From: Octopus sinensis
Taxonomy: Eukaryota
Assembly (NCBI RefSeq): GCF_006345805.1
Contig: NC_043000.1
Location: 94,922,001-94,986,000, forward strand
Direction of reading: 5' to 3'
DNA length: 64,000 nt
Below the pieces are notes generated by a model that searched no databases, was not told where the DNA came from, and saw only the letters and a list, made by a program, of their open reading frames with translations. Made by a program: the position numbers and the translations under genes. Every line of letters begins with the position of its first letter. Positions within the stretch are counted from its first letter, which is position 1. Shown piece by piece: positions 1 through 11,412 of this stretch.

Positions 1-135
1 GTGGTTGGGCATGGAATGATTTCACCTCTATATAAAGCAAATCGTGCAGCACAAATGAGGCTCTTCCATTAGCTAGTATTAATATTAGCTGTGTTAATGC
101 AGTGGATCTTTGGAATCGGTGGAAGATAGAATAAA

Positions 136-269
136 ATGCCTGGATGTTATTTAGTTATTTCCCTGTATCTATGTCTAATATTTGGTGTCAGAGGAACTGT
201 TCAAACAGATTTGTGTCAGACAGCGCAGCGTCCATTCTGTATCATCGGGAGATTTTCAGATACAGAGTT
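136..269 (+). CDS. Probable first coding exon of a secreted or membrane protein (signal peptide); rest of gene not identified
   Basis: ATG at 136 opens MPGCYLVISLYLCLIFGVRG-TVQTDLCQTAQRPFCIIGRFSDTE(L/F): hydrophobic stretch ending in a V-R-G cleavage-like site. The frame reaches a canonical donor TT|GTAAGT at 269/270 (phase 2). Confidence 0.55.
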
Positions 270-1644
270 GTAAGTACAAATTGACTGGCTTTTTTTAACA
301 TACCTGTTAACAATACAAAAAATACCCCATTTAAAAACAGTATCTTCTTCTGGTATATGAGCTTCATGTTAGCATAAAAGAAACAAAAACATAGTGTTAG
401 GTAGATGGATTGGGTGGATGAAAGAAATTAATTATGATACTGAGTTATGTCTTTTTACACATTCGGTTTCAATCTGGCCGAAATTGTGTTTTTTAACTTC
501 ACTTAAGTCAATTAAATATGTACCAGAAATATACAGACACTCTGTAATCAATTTATAAACATCCAGTGACGATGCCTAGCATGGTACCAATATTATAAAT
601 GAGTATTAGGTTTTTATAGAGAGAAGTTAGCTATTTCAATACGCAGAAATATCTCCTAGATGTAACATTAGATGATAATCAATAAATATGACAGAAGATT
701 CCCAGTAGACAACATTTGTGTTCATTCAGTATATATTATATTATTTTCAGCAACTACACAGCTGTGAGCTATGGAGTTAAGATAGATATTCAACGTATAC
801 AGACAATAATAGATTCCTCTGACATTAGTTACATATATATTAATAACATGGAAAAATACATGAGGAGATTATAAAAAAGAAACGAATCTATGCTTTTATT
901 CGTATGTATGTATGTGTGTGTGTGTGTGGGTGTGTGTGTGTGTGTGTGTGTGTTTATGTGATTGCCGGTGTGCTTGTTTGTTTTACTTGTTAGTTTTTAT
1001 CTCTGAGTTTCCACATTGTATGTATGACAGTATATTTAAATTAGTTAGGATTTTTTATCTTTGTCGCAGCTGCTGGAGAATGTTGAGCTCATTCCGCCTC
1101 TATTGAGCAAACACGTCCCAACCATGACCTTCTCGTCTTTTTTTCTTGTTTGATTGTTTTTCTTTTTGCCTACAATATATCCATTGCTGCCTCAAGCAGT
1201 ATGGTGCAATCTGAACATTTGGTTGCTTCTGCATGTAGATTTACGGGCTATATACAGAATTTATTATAGTAAGATATAGAATCCTTTACAGCAAAGTAGA
1301 TTGTATATCTATACATGATGATCAAAATACGCGCCAGTATATGTGATAAGAAACGGAGTATTGCCCAGCAACCACTCCACATATGCGTTATAAGAATAGG
1401 CTTTTGAGTACACTACTGGAAAAAGTGGGTGAATTTATATATGAGGATGTGCAATCTGAAATGGTCTGATATTTATTATAGACGACCATTTGAAATGAAC
1501 TGAGGGTTTACGAGTTCTATACTGAAAAACGCTAGAATCGTGTTTCAAGAAACGATAACTGAATATGTTAAATATTACTTTATGGATTCGACAATACCAC
1601 CTATAGTATTTTGAAATAATTATTAATATATTAGACACAGGAAA

Positions 1645-2283
1645 GACAGCGAGCTGGCAGAATATTCAGCACGCCGGGTGAAATGCTTAGCGGTATTTCG
1701 TCTGCCGTTACGTTAATACCTATGTCTGTCCTTATTGTTCCCCTCTATGTTTAGCCCCTTGTGGATAATAAAGAAATAGGTATTTCGTCTGCGGTTACGT
1801 TCTGAGTTCCAATTCTGCCGAGGTCGACTTTGCCTTTCATCCTTTCAGGGTCGATAAATTAAGTACCAGTTGCATACTGGGGTCGATGTAACCGACTTGA
1901 TCCGTTTGTCTGTCCTTGTTTGTCCTCTCTATGTTTAGCCCCTTGTGGGTAATAAAGAAATAGGTATTACGTTCTGAGTTCCAATTCTGCCGAGGTCGAC
2001 TTTACCTTTCATCCTTTTGGGGTCGATAAATTAAGTACCAGTTACGCACTGGGGTCGATATAATCGACTTAATCCGTTTGTCTGTCCTTGTTTGTCCTCT
2101 CTGTGTTTAGCCCTTTGTGGGTAGTAAAGAAATAGGTATTTCGTCTGTTTTCTCGTTCTAAGTTCTAACTCTGTCGAGGTCGACTTTGCCTGTCATCCTT
2201 TCGGGGAATACTGGGGTTGATGTAAACAACTTACCCACCCCCACCGAAGTTGCAGGCATTGTACCAAAGTTTGAAACCAATAT
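1645..2283 (+). mobile_element. tRNA-headed SINE family A (Meta-domain-like core), tandem array of one head plus four body units
   Basis: Head GACAGCGAGCTGGCAGAA, then units restarting at GTATTTCGTCTG after the tail AAAGAAATAG. Core GCCTTTCATCCTTTCGGGGTCGATAAATTAAGTACCAG recurs at many other loci in the window. Confidence 0.85.
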
Positions 2284-2978
2284 ATTGAAAATAGGTGGAT
2301 CGTAGAGCTAGCTATTGTGCTTCGTGGTCTATCATGACCACTACATCAGCACATGCACATATATCGATAGACACATACATACACACACACACAAATATAT
2401 ATATATGTGTGTGTGTGTGGTGTGTGTGTGTGTGTGTTTGTGTGTGTGTTTGTGTATGTGTGTATGCGTGCATGGGGGAGGTAGTGCCTGTACGTATGTA
2501 TGCATATATATGATCGGAGTCCAAAGAGACTGATTAGGCAAGACTTATATAACGTAGTAAAATCGATAATAATACAATGTACTTACCGCTAGGAGTGGGA
2601 AATCCAAAGCCTCAATAAACAGTATCAACCTATCTCCCTCTAACCACTACAAAACAACTGACTCTCACTCTTCTCTCCCCATAACTCTTCTTCTCATATA
2701 CAAACATGCTAAATTTGCCATACCTTTCTCTCAACTCCTTTGCCATCGCCTAATCAGCAGCATTGATTGGGTTTCCGAATCCCAATGCCAAACAATGCGA
2801 CATTTCTTCCTGATTTGAGAGTACTGTGGATGACTTCTGAATGGGGCGCTCCACCATGCCCAGGCCATCGGCTGCGTTACCGTTCTTCTACCGTTTTTAT
2901 ATTAGTCTACAGACTAATCTCTCACATCTCTCTCACCTTCCAATCGTCCATCACCTATTTGAAAGATATACTCAAATA

Positions 2979-3290
2979 GGCGCATGGCTCAGTGGTAATA
3001 ACGTCGGGCTCGCAATCATGAGGTAGTGAGTTCGATTCCCGGACCAGGCTGTGTGTTGTATTCTTGAGAACAGTACTATACTTCACGTTGCTCCAATTCA
3101 CTCAGCTGTAGAAATAGGTTGCGACGTCACTAGTGCCATGCTGTATAGGCATTTACCTCCCCCTTGGATAATATCAGTGGCGTGGCTAGGGAACACTGAT
3201 ATACATGTGCGACTGTTGGTCTTCCATAAACAACCTTGCCGGACTTGTGCCTTCGAGGTGATTAATGACCGAAGGGGGTCTTTACTCTTT
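2979..3290 (+). mobile_element. tRNA-derived SINE family C (V-domain-like)
   Basis: A box GGCTCAGTGG and B box GTTCGATTCC, followed by CTCCAATTCACTCAGCTGTAGAAATAGG resembling the V-SINE core; relatives at 10850-11128, 19564-19795, 38780-39075. Confidence 0.75.
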
Positions 3291-3538
3291 ACTCAAACAG
3301 CAAAATATTTCTGAATCCTGCTATTTGAACCCACAACTGCGTTAATCTATTCCCCCGCACCACCTTTTCTCACCTTTAAAGAGATAAGAACCTTGAAAGC
3401 CTCTTAGTAAGAAGCTCCGTGGCGACCAGCCCCACACGAGCAGGCACTTTTAAAAGAGTTCGTCAGAAACAATTGTGTATGTCTTTAAGCCATTCCGTTA
3501 AATTATTTTTTATCATATTTTATTATAAGCCTTTATAG

Positions 3539-3662
3539 GGCGGTGTGCTAGCAGAATCATTAGCACGCCAGGCGAAATGCATAGCCGTATTTCGTCTGTC
3601 ACTACGATCTGAGTTCATATTACGCCGAGGTTGACTTTGCCTTTCATTCTTTCGGGGTCTAA
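3539..3662 (+). mobile_element. SINE family A, 3'-truncated and diverged
   Basis: Head and core match the 22867-23088 copy. Confidence 0.75.
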
Positions 3663-3739
3663 ACATACTACTACATACGCAAGGCCATCTGTTACGCCAC
3701 CAAAACCACACACACTCATTTCAAAAATACAGACCATAT

Positions 3740-3804
<65 letters not shown>

Positions 3805-4135
3805 ATATAGTGCATATTTATACACATAAGGAATCCACTTAGTGTGAGATTCGGCACATTAGAGAGAACAGCTAGGATCTATAAACCACAAAAATAACGG
3901 ATAAAATTCGACAGGAATAAATTTGGAAATGAAAAACATTTACCATCTATAGAACTAGCTGCTCTCTCTAATGTGCCGAATCTCACACTAAGTGGATTCC
4001 TTATGTGTATAAATATGCACTATATCGTATAACTAATATATAGTCTTCTTGACTAATTTTTTGGCACGTTAGACCACTGGAAATGTAAATTTTGATTGAA
4101 TATTTTAAATTTAATTAGATTCCATTTCCCTTCTG
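3805..4135. repeat. Inverted pair of PLE-type terminal-repeat fragments; 71-bp arms at 3805-3875 and 3955-4025
   Basis: Arms are reverse complements with about one mismatch. Homologous sequence at 5495-5700, 28466-28615 and 41637-41790, each abutting (TA)n. Confidence 0.75.
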
Positions 4136-4218
4136 ATATGATTATATATATATATCAGTTTTATATATATATATATGCGTATATATATATATATATAAAT
4201 ATATATATACTAACCTAT

Positions 4219-4305
<87 letters not shown>

Positions 4306-4309
<4 letters not shown>

Positions 4310-4470
4310 GGTTAGTAGAGTTAGCGATTGGAATAACCCTCTAAGGGTTAAGAATATCCGTTTTTACTATCGATATAAATTACCTATATTAACCCTGAGC
4401 ACACATATGCAAGCATATTATGCTCATATGATACAAGCAATAACAAAATAAACAAGAGTTTATCAGGAAC
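4306..4470. repeat. Dispersed repeat adjacent to microsatellites; second copy at 11622-11780
   Basis: GTTAGTAGAGTTAGC...AAGAATATCCGTTTTTAC...ATAAACAAGAGTTTATCA shared by both copies. Confidence 0.8.
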
Positions 4471-4564
4471 CACTTATTGGTGCGCGGCAATGCTGAACAC
4501 CATCGATCCACATTCTCAAGAAAACGGAAGAAACAACGTTTCATATTTGACCTTGGCACTATAC

Positions 4565-4983
4565 ATACACTCTTTACTCTTTTACTTGTTTCAGTCATTT
4601 GACTGCGGGCATGCTGGAGCACCGCCTTTAATCGAGCAACTCGACCCCGGGACTTATTCTTTTGTAAGCGCAGTACTTATTCTATCGGTCTCTTTTGCCG
4701 AACCGCTAAGTAACGGGGACATAAATACACCAGCATCGGTTGTCAAGCAATGCTAGGGGGACAAACACAGACACACACAGACACACACATACACACACAT
4801 ATATATATATATATACATATATACGACAGGCTTCTTTCAGTTTCCATCTACCAAATCCACTCACAAGGCTTTGGTCGGCCCGAGGCTATGGTAGAAGATA
4901 TTAGCCCAAGGTGCCACGCAGTGGGACTGAACCCGGAACTATGTGGTTGGTAAACGAGCTACTTACCACACAGCCACTCCTGC
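4565..4983 (-). mobile_element. tRNA-derived CORE-like SINE family B, near full length, with internal microsatellite
   Basis: Minus strand: GTGGCTGTGTGGTAAGTAGC head, GGTTCAGTCCC B box, CACCTTGGGC CORE-like motif, internal (TA/TG)n, and GAAACAAGTAAAAGAGTAAAGAG tail. Confidence 0.85.
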
Positions 4984-5194
4984 GGGACGTTTTATTCTTC
5001 TTTTGTTTTTTGCTTTTTTGTTTTTTGCTTTTGGTCTACTCCTACACCTCTTCATAGTTCATTAAACCTTTCTGTATCATTTCATCCCCTCCCATTTCAT
5101 CTTTTCACTTCACCCTCGTCTTTCCCTTCTTCCTTCTCACACTGTTTATCCTACCATTTCTTGTTCACGAATGAAGATGACGCCTTATTTATCA

Positions 5195-5410
5195 GTTTAC
5201 ACTTTTATACTTTTACTTGTTTCCTCATTTGACCGCGGCCATGCTGGAGCACTGACTGAAAGAGTTTTAGTCGAAAAAATAGACCCTAGGACTTTTTTCC
5301 AAAGTTTAGTACTTATCCTACCGATTATATTTGCCGGATATAAACACACCACCAACACCGGTTGTCAAACGATGATGAGGGGGAACACAGACACAAAGAC
5401 GCACACACAT
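5195..5410 (-). mobile_element. SINE family B, 3' half
   Basis: Matches the tail region of 4565-4983. Confidence 0.7.
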
Positions 5411-5816
5411 AGATACACACACACACACATACATACATACATGCATACATACATACATACATACATACACATATATATATATATATATATATATATTTCA
5501 TTCCCTTTCAGAATTGCAACTATTAGTGGCTTGGAGTTTAACTGCTCTTTCTAATGAATCAGGTGTCCTATTATGGTCATCTCTTATGTGTTTAAATGTA
5601 CACTGTATTTTTCTATGAATAATATATAGTTCATTGACTAATTTTTTCCTTCTCCCTAGACCACTGGTAGCAAGGAATTTTTCTATAATTTTTCTTGGTA
5701 CCCGAAAATTTATTAATTATATATATATATATATATATGCAACTAATATGCAATCGACTGAACCGCCTATGTGTTTATCGTTATGGCATGCGGTTGAGTA
5801 AATTGTACTCTAGACA

Positions 5817-5895
5817 AATTCAGCTGATGAGCTACAGATATATTATGTGAGTAAAATTGCATAATTTATTAATAGCGAAACAATTGTCCTGAATT
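5817..5895 (+). ncRNA. Type I hammerhead ribozyme in a PLE-type terminal repeat
   Basis: AATTCAG-CTGATGA-GCTA...TAGC-GAAA-C-AATT-G-TC-CTGAATT: 7-bp stem I, intact core, 4-bp stem II, 2-bp stem III with palindromic AATT loop, GUC cleavage triplet (predicted cut after 5888). Confidence 0.88.
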
Positions 5896-6207
5896 AATCT
5901 GCAATTTTGTTATTTTTTATTTGCCCTGTTCGTTTACGCTGCTAGTTGTGCTAACTTTCATCGGAAACAATTCTTCGTGGCTGAAACCAGCGGATCTATT
6001 TTTAGTGCTAGAGTCGACCACATCGTGGTCACTCTCTTATATTTACGTATAAAATTTATTGTATTCTTGGTTTTTATGCACTAAGCCACTTGGTGTTAAA
6101 TTGATGGTACTATTAAATTAGTATCCAATTTTCTCACCCTTATTAGTTGATTGTAATTATACTGCATTTAATTTTTGATGTAGTATCTCTTATATTTACG
6201 TATGTAT

Positions 6208-6240
<33 letters not shown>

Positions 6241-6403
6241 GGGTGTGTGTGATTGTGTATAGAAGAATATATAATAAAAAGAATTCCAACCTTGTCTGAT
6301 TTTCACGTTTTATTTACAATCTTATAATGATATATTATAAGATAATATATTATAATTGAATAAAATAAAATGAAATAGTAGAATGTTAAATATTCATTCT
6401 GAT

Positions 6404-6448
6404 TGAACTAGTACTTTCATGCATTGAATTCTGCAATCTTCGGGTTCA
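6404..6448 (-). ncRNA. Minimal hammerhead-like motif (variant core), inverted copy of 9093-9137
   Basis: Exact reverse complement of 9093-9137. Confidence 0.55.
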
Positions 6449-8594
6449 CACCTACACCAACAGCCAACCACCAAGAATTAAAGGAGGATATCCAAAAATT
6501 CTGTCGAAAATTACGACTTGTAGAATTCTTCGCTAACAAAAGTAATGAGATTGATGAATCCCTAGTAAGGAATAAATCAAATTTCACCCCACCAAAAGGA
6601 AGAAATAACTACCTTGACCAATACATTGATATCCTGTCTAAATTTCCCCTTAGACGCAATACCAATGTTAGGCGAAAACATTAGCAAATCAGAGATGTCT
6701 GCATGTAAACGTATACAAAACGATCAAACAATAATAATTAAACAAGCAGATAAAGGTGGTGCAATTGTTATTATGGATACCGAATACTATAAGGATTTGG
6801 TTGAAGACCAACTGAAGGATACAACCTTCTATTGTGAAATACCCGCAAATATAGACCACCACATCATGAAAAAGATCAACAACCTGATTTCAACACACCA
6901 CAACTCACTTACGGATAATGAAAAAGACTACATCACCAATTTTGAACCAAAACCCAGCAACTTCTACGGCTTACCAAAAATACACAAATCAAAAAACATT
7001 CACAGGCAGTAAAAAGAACAAGAAAGTGAGTACATAAATTATTACATCCAAAAGACCTAAAACTTAGACCTATTATAGCTGGTCCAGCATGCCCTACACA
7101 CCGTCTAAGCAATTTTATTGACATTGTTTTGAAACCACTGTACTTACATACCAAGTTTCATCAGGGATGACATCGACTTCCTGTCCCATCTTCCCAAAAC
7201 AACAGAAACAAATTCAGTTTTACTAAGTTTTGATGTGGTAAGCCTCTACACCAATATTCCACACGATTTAGGATAAAGGCGATTAAATACTGGTTAGAAA
7301 AACATAGAGAAGTGATTCCCAGCAGATTCACAGTGCCATTTATATTAGACACAGTCAAGCTTATTCTAGAAAATAACACATTCTTCTTCAATGGAAAGAA
7401 TTACATCCAAATTAGAGGCACGGCGATGGAACGAGGTTTGCTCCCGTTTACGCCAACTCTGTAATGGGATACTTAGAAGAACAACTCTACCAAGAGGTGG
7501 AGGTAAACTATGGCACTGGGTTTAGAAAGTATATTGAAAAGGCATGGAAGAGATACCTAGACGACTGTTTTCATAATCTGGACAGAATCTCTAAATACTC
7601 TGGAAGAGTTCAATATCCTCCTGAACAACCTACACCATCTCTCCAATTTACAAAGGAGATGAGTAGTACCAAATTACCATTCCTGGATATAATGGTAATT
7701 AAAAAAGACACCACCATCACCACAGATATATACTATAAACACACAGACACACATCAATACCTAAATTTTAAGTCGTGCCATCCACCACATACAAAACGTA
7801 ACATCCCATACTGCCTAGCCAGAAGAATTTGTACTATTGTAGAAGATGCAAATATCAGGAACAAACGCTAATAGAACTAAGAGAATTTTTGCTCAAACAA
7901 AAATACCCATCTCTACTTATAGAAAATGGCATACAGCGGGCTATAAAAATACCTATACAACAACTTAGGACAACCCAAGGAAGAGGAAAACAAGAACAAG
8001 TCATACCATTCATAGTGACACACAACCCATGTCACCAGAATATCTTCAACATTGCCAAAGCAAACCTACCAATCATTGCCCAAAGTAATGAATTAAAAGA
8101 CAATCACGGATCGAGCTATGGTGCTTAGTAAAAGACAGCCTAAAAACTTGAAAACATTACTAACAAAGGCAAAATTTGACCTCAGCAACAAAGACCAAAC
8201 ATTCACGGTATCTAAATGCAATGATAGCCGATGTGGCACATGCCAATTCATACATACCGGTCAATATATAAACACAAAAACCGGGAAAATATTCACAAAC
8301 GCGAATATGAACTGCAAAAGCAGAAATTTAATTTACTGCATCAAATGCCCAAATTGTGAAGAAATATATGTAGGTCAGACGGGAAACGCACTATTAGAAC
8401 GCTCACGTGTACACCGGCAACAGATTAGAGACCCAGAGGTCCGTCAGATACCTTTGAGTAACCACCTAGCAACATGTGGTCGGAAAATATATAATATTTC
8501 CATTCTACAAATTACACAGCCCAAGTGAAATCGAGAGGAAAATCAGAGAAAAGATTTTTATGATAAATTCGAACCCAAGCTAAATAAGCAATAA
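6449..8594 (+). pseudogene. PLE reverse transcriptase / GIY-YIG endonuclease ORF with multiple frameshifts
   Basis: Motifs FTPTP..KFCRKLRLVEFF, KQADKGG, FYGLPKIHK, RPIIAGP, SFDVVSLYTNIP, YLDDCF, LPFLDI, YYKHTDTHQYL..SCHP, CNDSRCGTC, NLIYCIKCPNC..IYVGQTG spread over several frames; ends FEPKLNKQ* at 8594. Confidence 0.93.
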
Positions 8595-8916
8595 TAATAA
8601 TAATAATACTTAGAGGTATTACTTCCACTGCTACGACCATGACCACTAACAACAACAACAATACTAAAGGTGATCAAGACGAAGATAGCAGGAAAATTAT
8701 CTTATTTAGGGTTAAAAGTTCTATTGCCACCACCATCACCACTAGCAACAATAATTAAGGTGCTGACAATGATGATGATGACAATTGAAATATAAAAATA
8801 TAAAAATCTCTGACAAAGGATATTTACAACATTTCTAAAAATAACCCAACAATTGCTGCTTCGGCCAGGGTCAAGATACAGGACTCTTGACATGTCCAAC
8901 AAAGCGTGATGCCTAA

Positions 8917-9030
8917 ACCAATCAGCTCAACCAACCAATCAGCTTAAGTAATTGAGTGATACTACACATGATTGGTCAGAATACAGTTTGCAAAACCTAG
9001 CACTCTGGAGCCTACCCAGCTGTATTTATA
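8917..9030 (+). promoter_or_regulatory. Putative promoter in the PLE 3' region: CCAAT boxes and TATA-like element
   Basis: ACCAATCAGCT at 8917-8927 and 8934-8944, reverse GATTGGT at 8970-8976, TATTTATA at 9023-9030, about 60 bp upstream of the ribozyme motif. Confidence 0.35.
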
Positions 9031-9092
9031 GCACAGAATCAATCATCTTGCTACAGTCAAAAATTGTGAAGCATGACTGTCACACTACTACA

Positions 9093-9137
9093 TGAACCCG
9101 AAGATTGCAGAATTCAATGCATGAAAGTACTAGTTCA
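9093..9137 (+). ncRNA. Minimal type I hammerhead-like motif with CCGAAGA core variant
   Basis: TGAAC-CCGAAGA-TTGCAGAATTCAATGCAT-GAAA-GTAC-TA-GTTCA: 5-bp stem I, TGCA/TGCA stem II, palindromic AGTACT stem III region, U4 replaced by C. Confidence 0.6.
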
Positions 9138-9266
9138 ATCAGAATGAATATTTAACATTCTACTATTTCATTTTATTTTATTCAATTATAATATATTATC
9201 TTATAATATATCATTATAAGATTGTAAATAAAACGTGAAAATCAGACAAGGTTGGAATTCTTTTAT

Positions 9267-9325
<59 letters not shown>

Positions 9326-9354
9326 ATATTATATAATATATATATATATATATA

Positions 9355-9505
9355 CGAAGGGCTATTTTACTTCTGCCTACCAAATCCACTAACAAGGCTT
9401 TATTCGGTCCGAGGGTGTAGCAGAAGGCACTTGCCCAAGGCACCATGCAGTGGAACTGAACATGGAACAACCTGACTGGTAAGCAGGCTTCTTACAACAC
9501 ACCCC
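9355..9505 (-). mobile_element. SINE family B, 5' part
   Basis: CACTTGCCCAAGGCACCATGCAGTGGAACTGAAC matches the family B head/CORE on the minus strand. Confidence 0.75.
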
Positions 9506-10249
9506 TAGTTTTATTTTTGTTTTTGTTTTTTAACGTTTAACTCTGCTGTCTATCATTTTCGACATTACCTCTTTTTCATGAAGGACACTTATCCGAAACA
9601 CCTTAACGACAAGTTGATTGTAGATTTTTTTTATCGATTCTAATTTTACACCCTCTTCGGTCATAAATGGCCATGGTAACCGAACTCACTACCTCATGAT
9701 TGTGAGCTGAAACTCTAACCACTGAGCATGCGCCTTCACTTCGATTTTACTGTGTGTATGCATGAGTGTGTATGTATGTATGTATGTATGTATGTATGTA
9801 TGTATGTATGTATGTATGTATGTGAGCCACTAGTCGCTCACTTAAGTCATTTTCGTTAAAATTATGAAAGACCATAGAAATTGCCAACACTTTGTTTTTA
9901 TGTTTAAGTCTGCTGGAATCAGCCTGAGATAATCGTTGTGGTGACGACGTTTATTTGGGAACAAAACGACCCAAGTTGTTATCTTATCTCTAGAAAAAGA
10001 AAACAGTCTGTCTTTTTCATAATGAAATTCCAGATAATTATTTTTTATTAAGATTATCTCTCATTCTTTTTCGAAGTCAGTGGTAATTGCCACCAAGCGT
10101 CTGTTTACCTTCACTAGGAATGGAATTAAAGTTTAGAGATGAAGAATTTACCTTTTTTAGTATTACATATATAATTTGTTTTTCTTGTGTAAAGACATAA
10201 CACAGCCCACTCTGAGTAGTGTCACTTTGACTCATTTTCTTTTATTCTT

Positions 10250-10509
10250 TTAATCTTTCTTTTACTCTGTTACTTGTGTCAGTCATCTTGGCTACAGCCA
10301 TGCCGGTTCACCGCCCTAAAGGGTTTTTATTCGAAGAAATCGATCCCAGAAGTTGTTCTTTGTAAGCCTAGTATTCATTATATCATCTCTTTTGCCGAAT
10401 CGCTAAGTTATGGGGACATAGACACACCAGCATCGGTTGTCAAGCGGTGACGGTTGACAAACGCAGGCACACATAAACACAACACACACCACACCACACA
10501 CACCACACC

Positions 10510-10602
<93 letters not shown>

Positions 10603-10700
10603 CGACGAGCTTCCGAAGGCTTTGGTCTGCCCAAGGCTATAGTAGAAGACACATTTCCAAGGTGACACGCAGTGGGACTGAACCCTGAACTATATGGATG
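10250..10700 (-). mobile_element. SINE family B with expanded internal microsatellite
   Basis: Same modules as 4565-4983, with (TA)n/(TG)n at about 10480-10600. Confidence 0.8.
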
Positions 10701-10849
10701 AAGTAACTATAGTCCTTAGAGCCACTTGGTGTCTATTTCTAGCATGTTGCGCTATTCATTAGCGCCCTTACTATTATAATTATATTTATATAATTATATA
10801 TACTTGTATGAATATATATATATATACATACATACATTTATATGTATAT

Positions 10850-11128
10850 ATCTGGGGTAAAAAGCATCAAAGGTCCATCCCGGGTCATAGATTCATAAGA
10901 CTGGTTTCATGGATTCTGTGATGTATATATTTAACCCAATACCGGCACTCCCATTGGATGGAACGCTGGTTCGTCGCACGAGTACTCATTTTCGACAGCT
11001 GAGTGAACTGGAGTATCGTGAAATGCAATATTTTGCTCATGGGCACAACCCATCACCCGGTCCAGAAATCGAAACGACAATATTACGCTCATGAGCGCAA
11101 CACATTAACCATTAAACCAAGCGCCTCC
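10850..11128 (-). mobile_element. tRNA-derived V-like SINE (family C relative)
   Basis: Minus strand TGGAGGCGCTTGG head, GTTTCGATTTC B box, CTCCAGTTCACTCAGCTG core. Confidence 0.7.
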
Positions 11129-11412
11129 AGTGTAATATTTATAACAGGTTTAATTTCTATGCATTAATTTGCACTTTCTTCATTAACGTCAATATGTATT
11201 TTATTCAATGTAAGGTTTTTTCCTCGGATTTTATAATTTTTATAAGTTTTTTTTTATATATATATATACATATTTTTGACCTTTTTGTTTATCGCTCGAA
11301 GATTGACCGTTTTTTCTAAAGGGCCAATCAAACAAGTCCATTTCTTTTTAAGGGTTGTAGCGTTTGTAAGAGTATAGATTGAATTGATATATCAGTTCCA
11401 TTCTAGCAAAAA

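Larger units (their letters stand above)
6268..9272 (+). mobile_element. Penelope-like retroelement (Neptune/Naiad-type linker), 5'-truncated, with inverted terminal duplication
   Basis: RT and GIY-YIG coding remnants. 6268-6448 is the reverse complement of 9093-9272 (one indel). Both ends lie next to (TA)n. Confidence 0.93.

Noticed and set aside
751-794. Other candidate exons: 751-794, 1239-1268, 11952-12038, 16754-16779, 29489-29566, 30790-30848, 55979-56097, and minus-strand 2590-2649
   Set aside because: Splice-like signals and short open frames are expected by chance in AT-rich DNA; no homology or consistent chain could be shown without RNA data.
1645-2283. Regular repeats resembling a CRISPR array (also 34717-35324)
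   Set aside because: Units are ~190-bp SINE bodies with no unique spacers, in a eukaryotic context with no cas genes.
2979-3050. tRNA gene candidates here and at 14970-15043, 60370-60443 and similar sites
   Set aside because: A and B boxes are present but continue into SINE bodies with no complete cloverleaf or terminator.
8200-8360. Selenocysteine-encoding (Naiad-type) PLE
   Set aside because: The linker CxxxxCxxC and GIY-YIG cysteines use TGC/TGT; no in-frame UGA at those positions.
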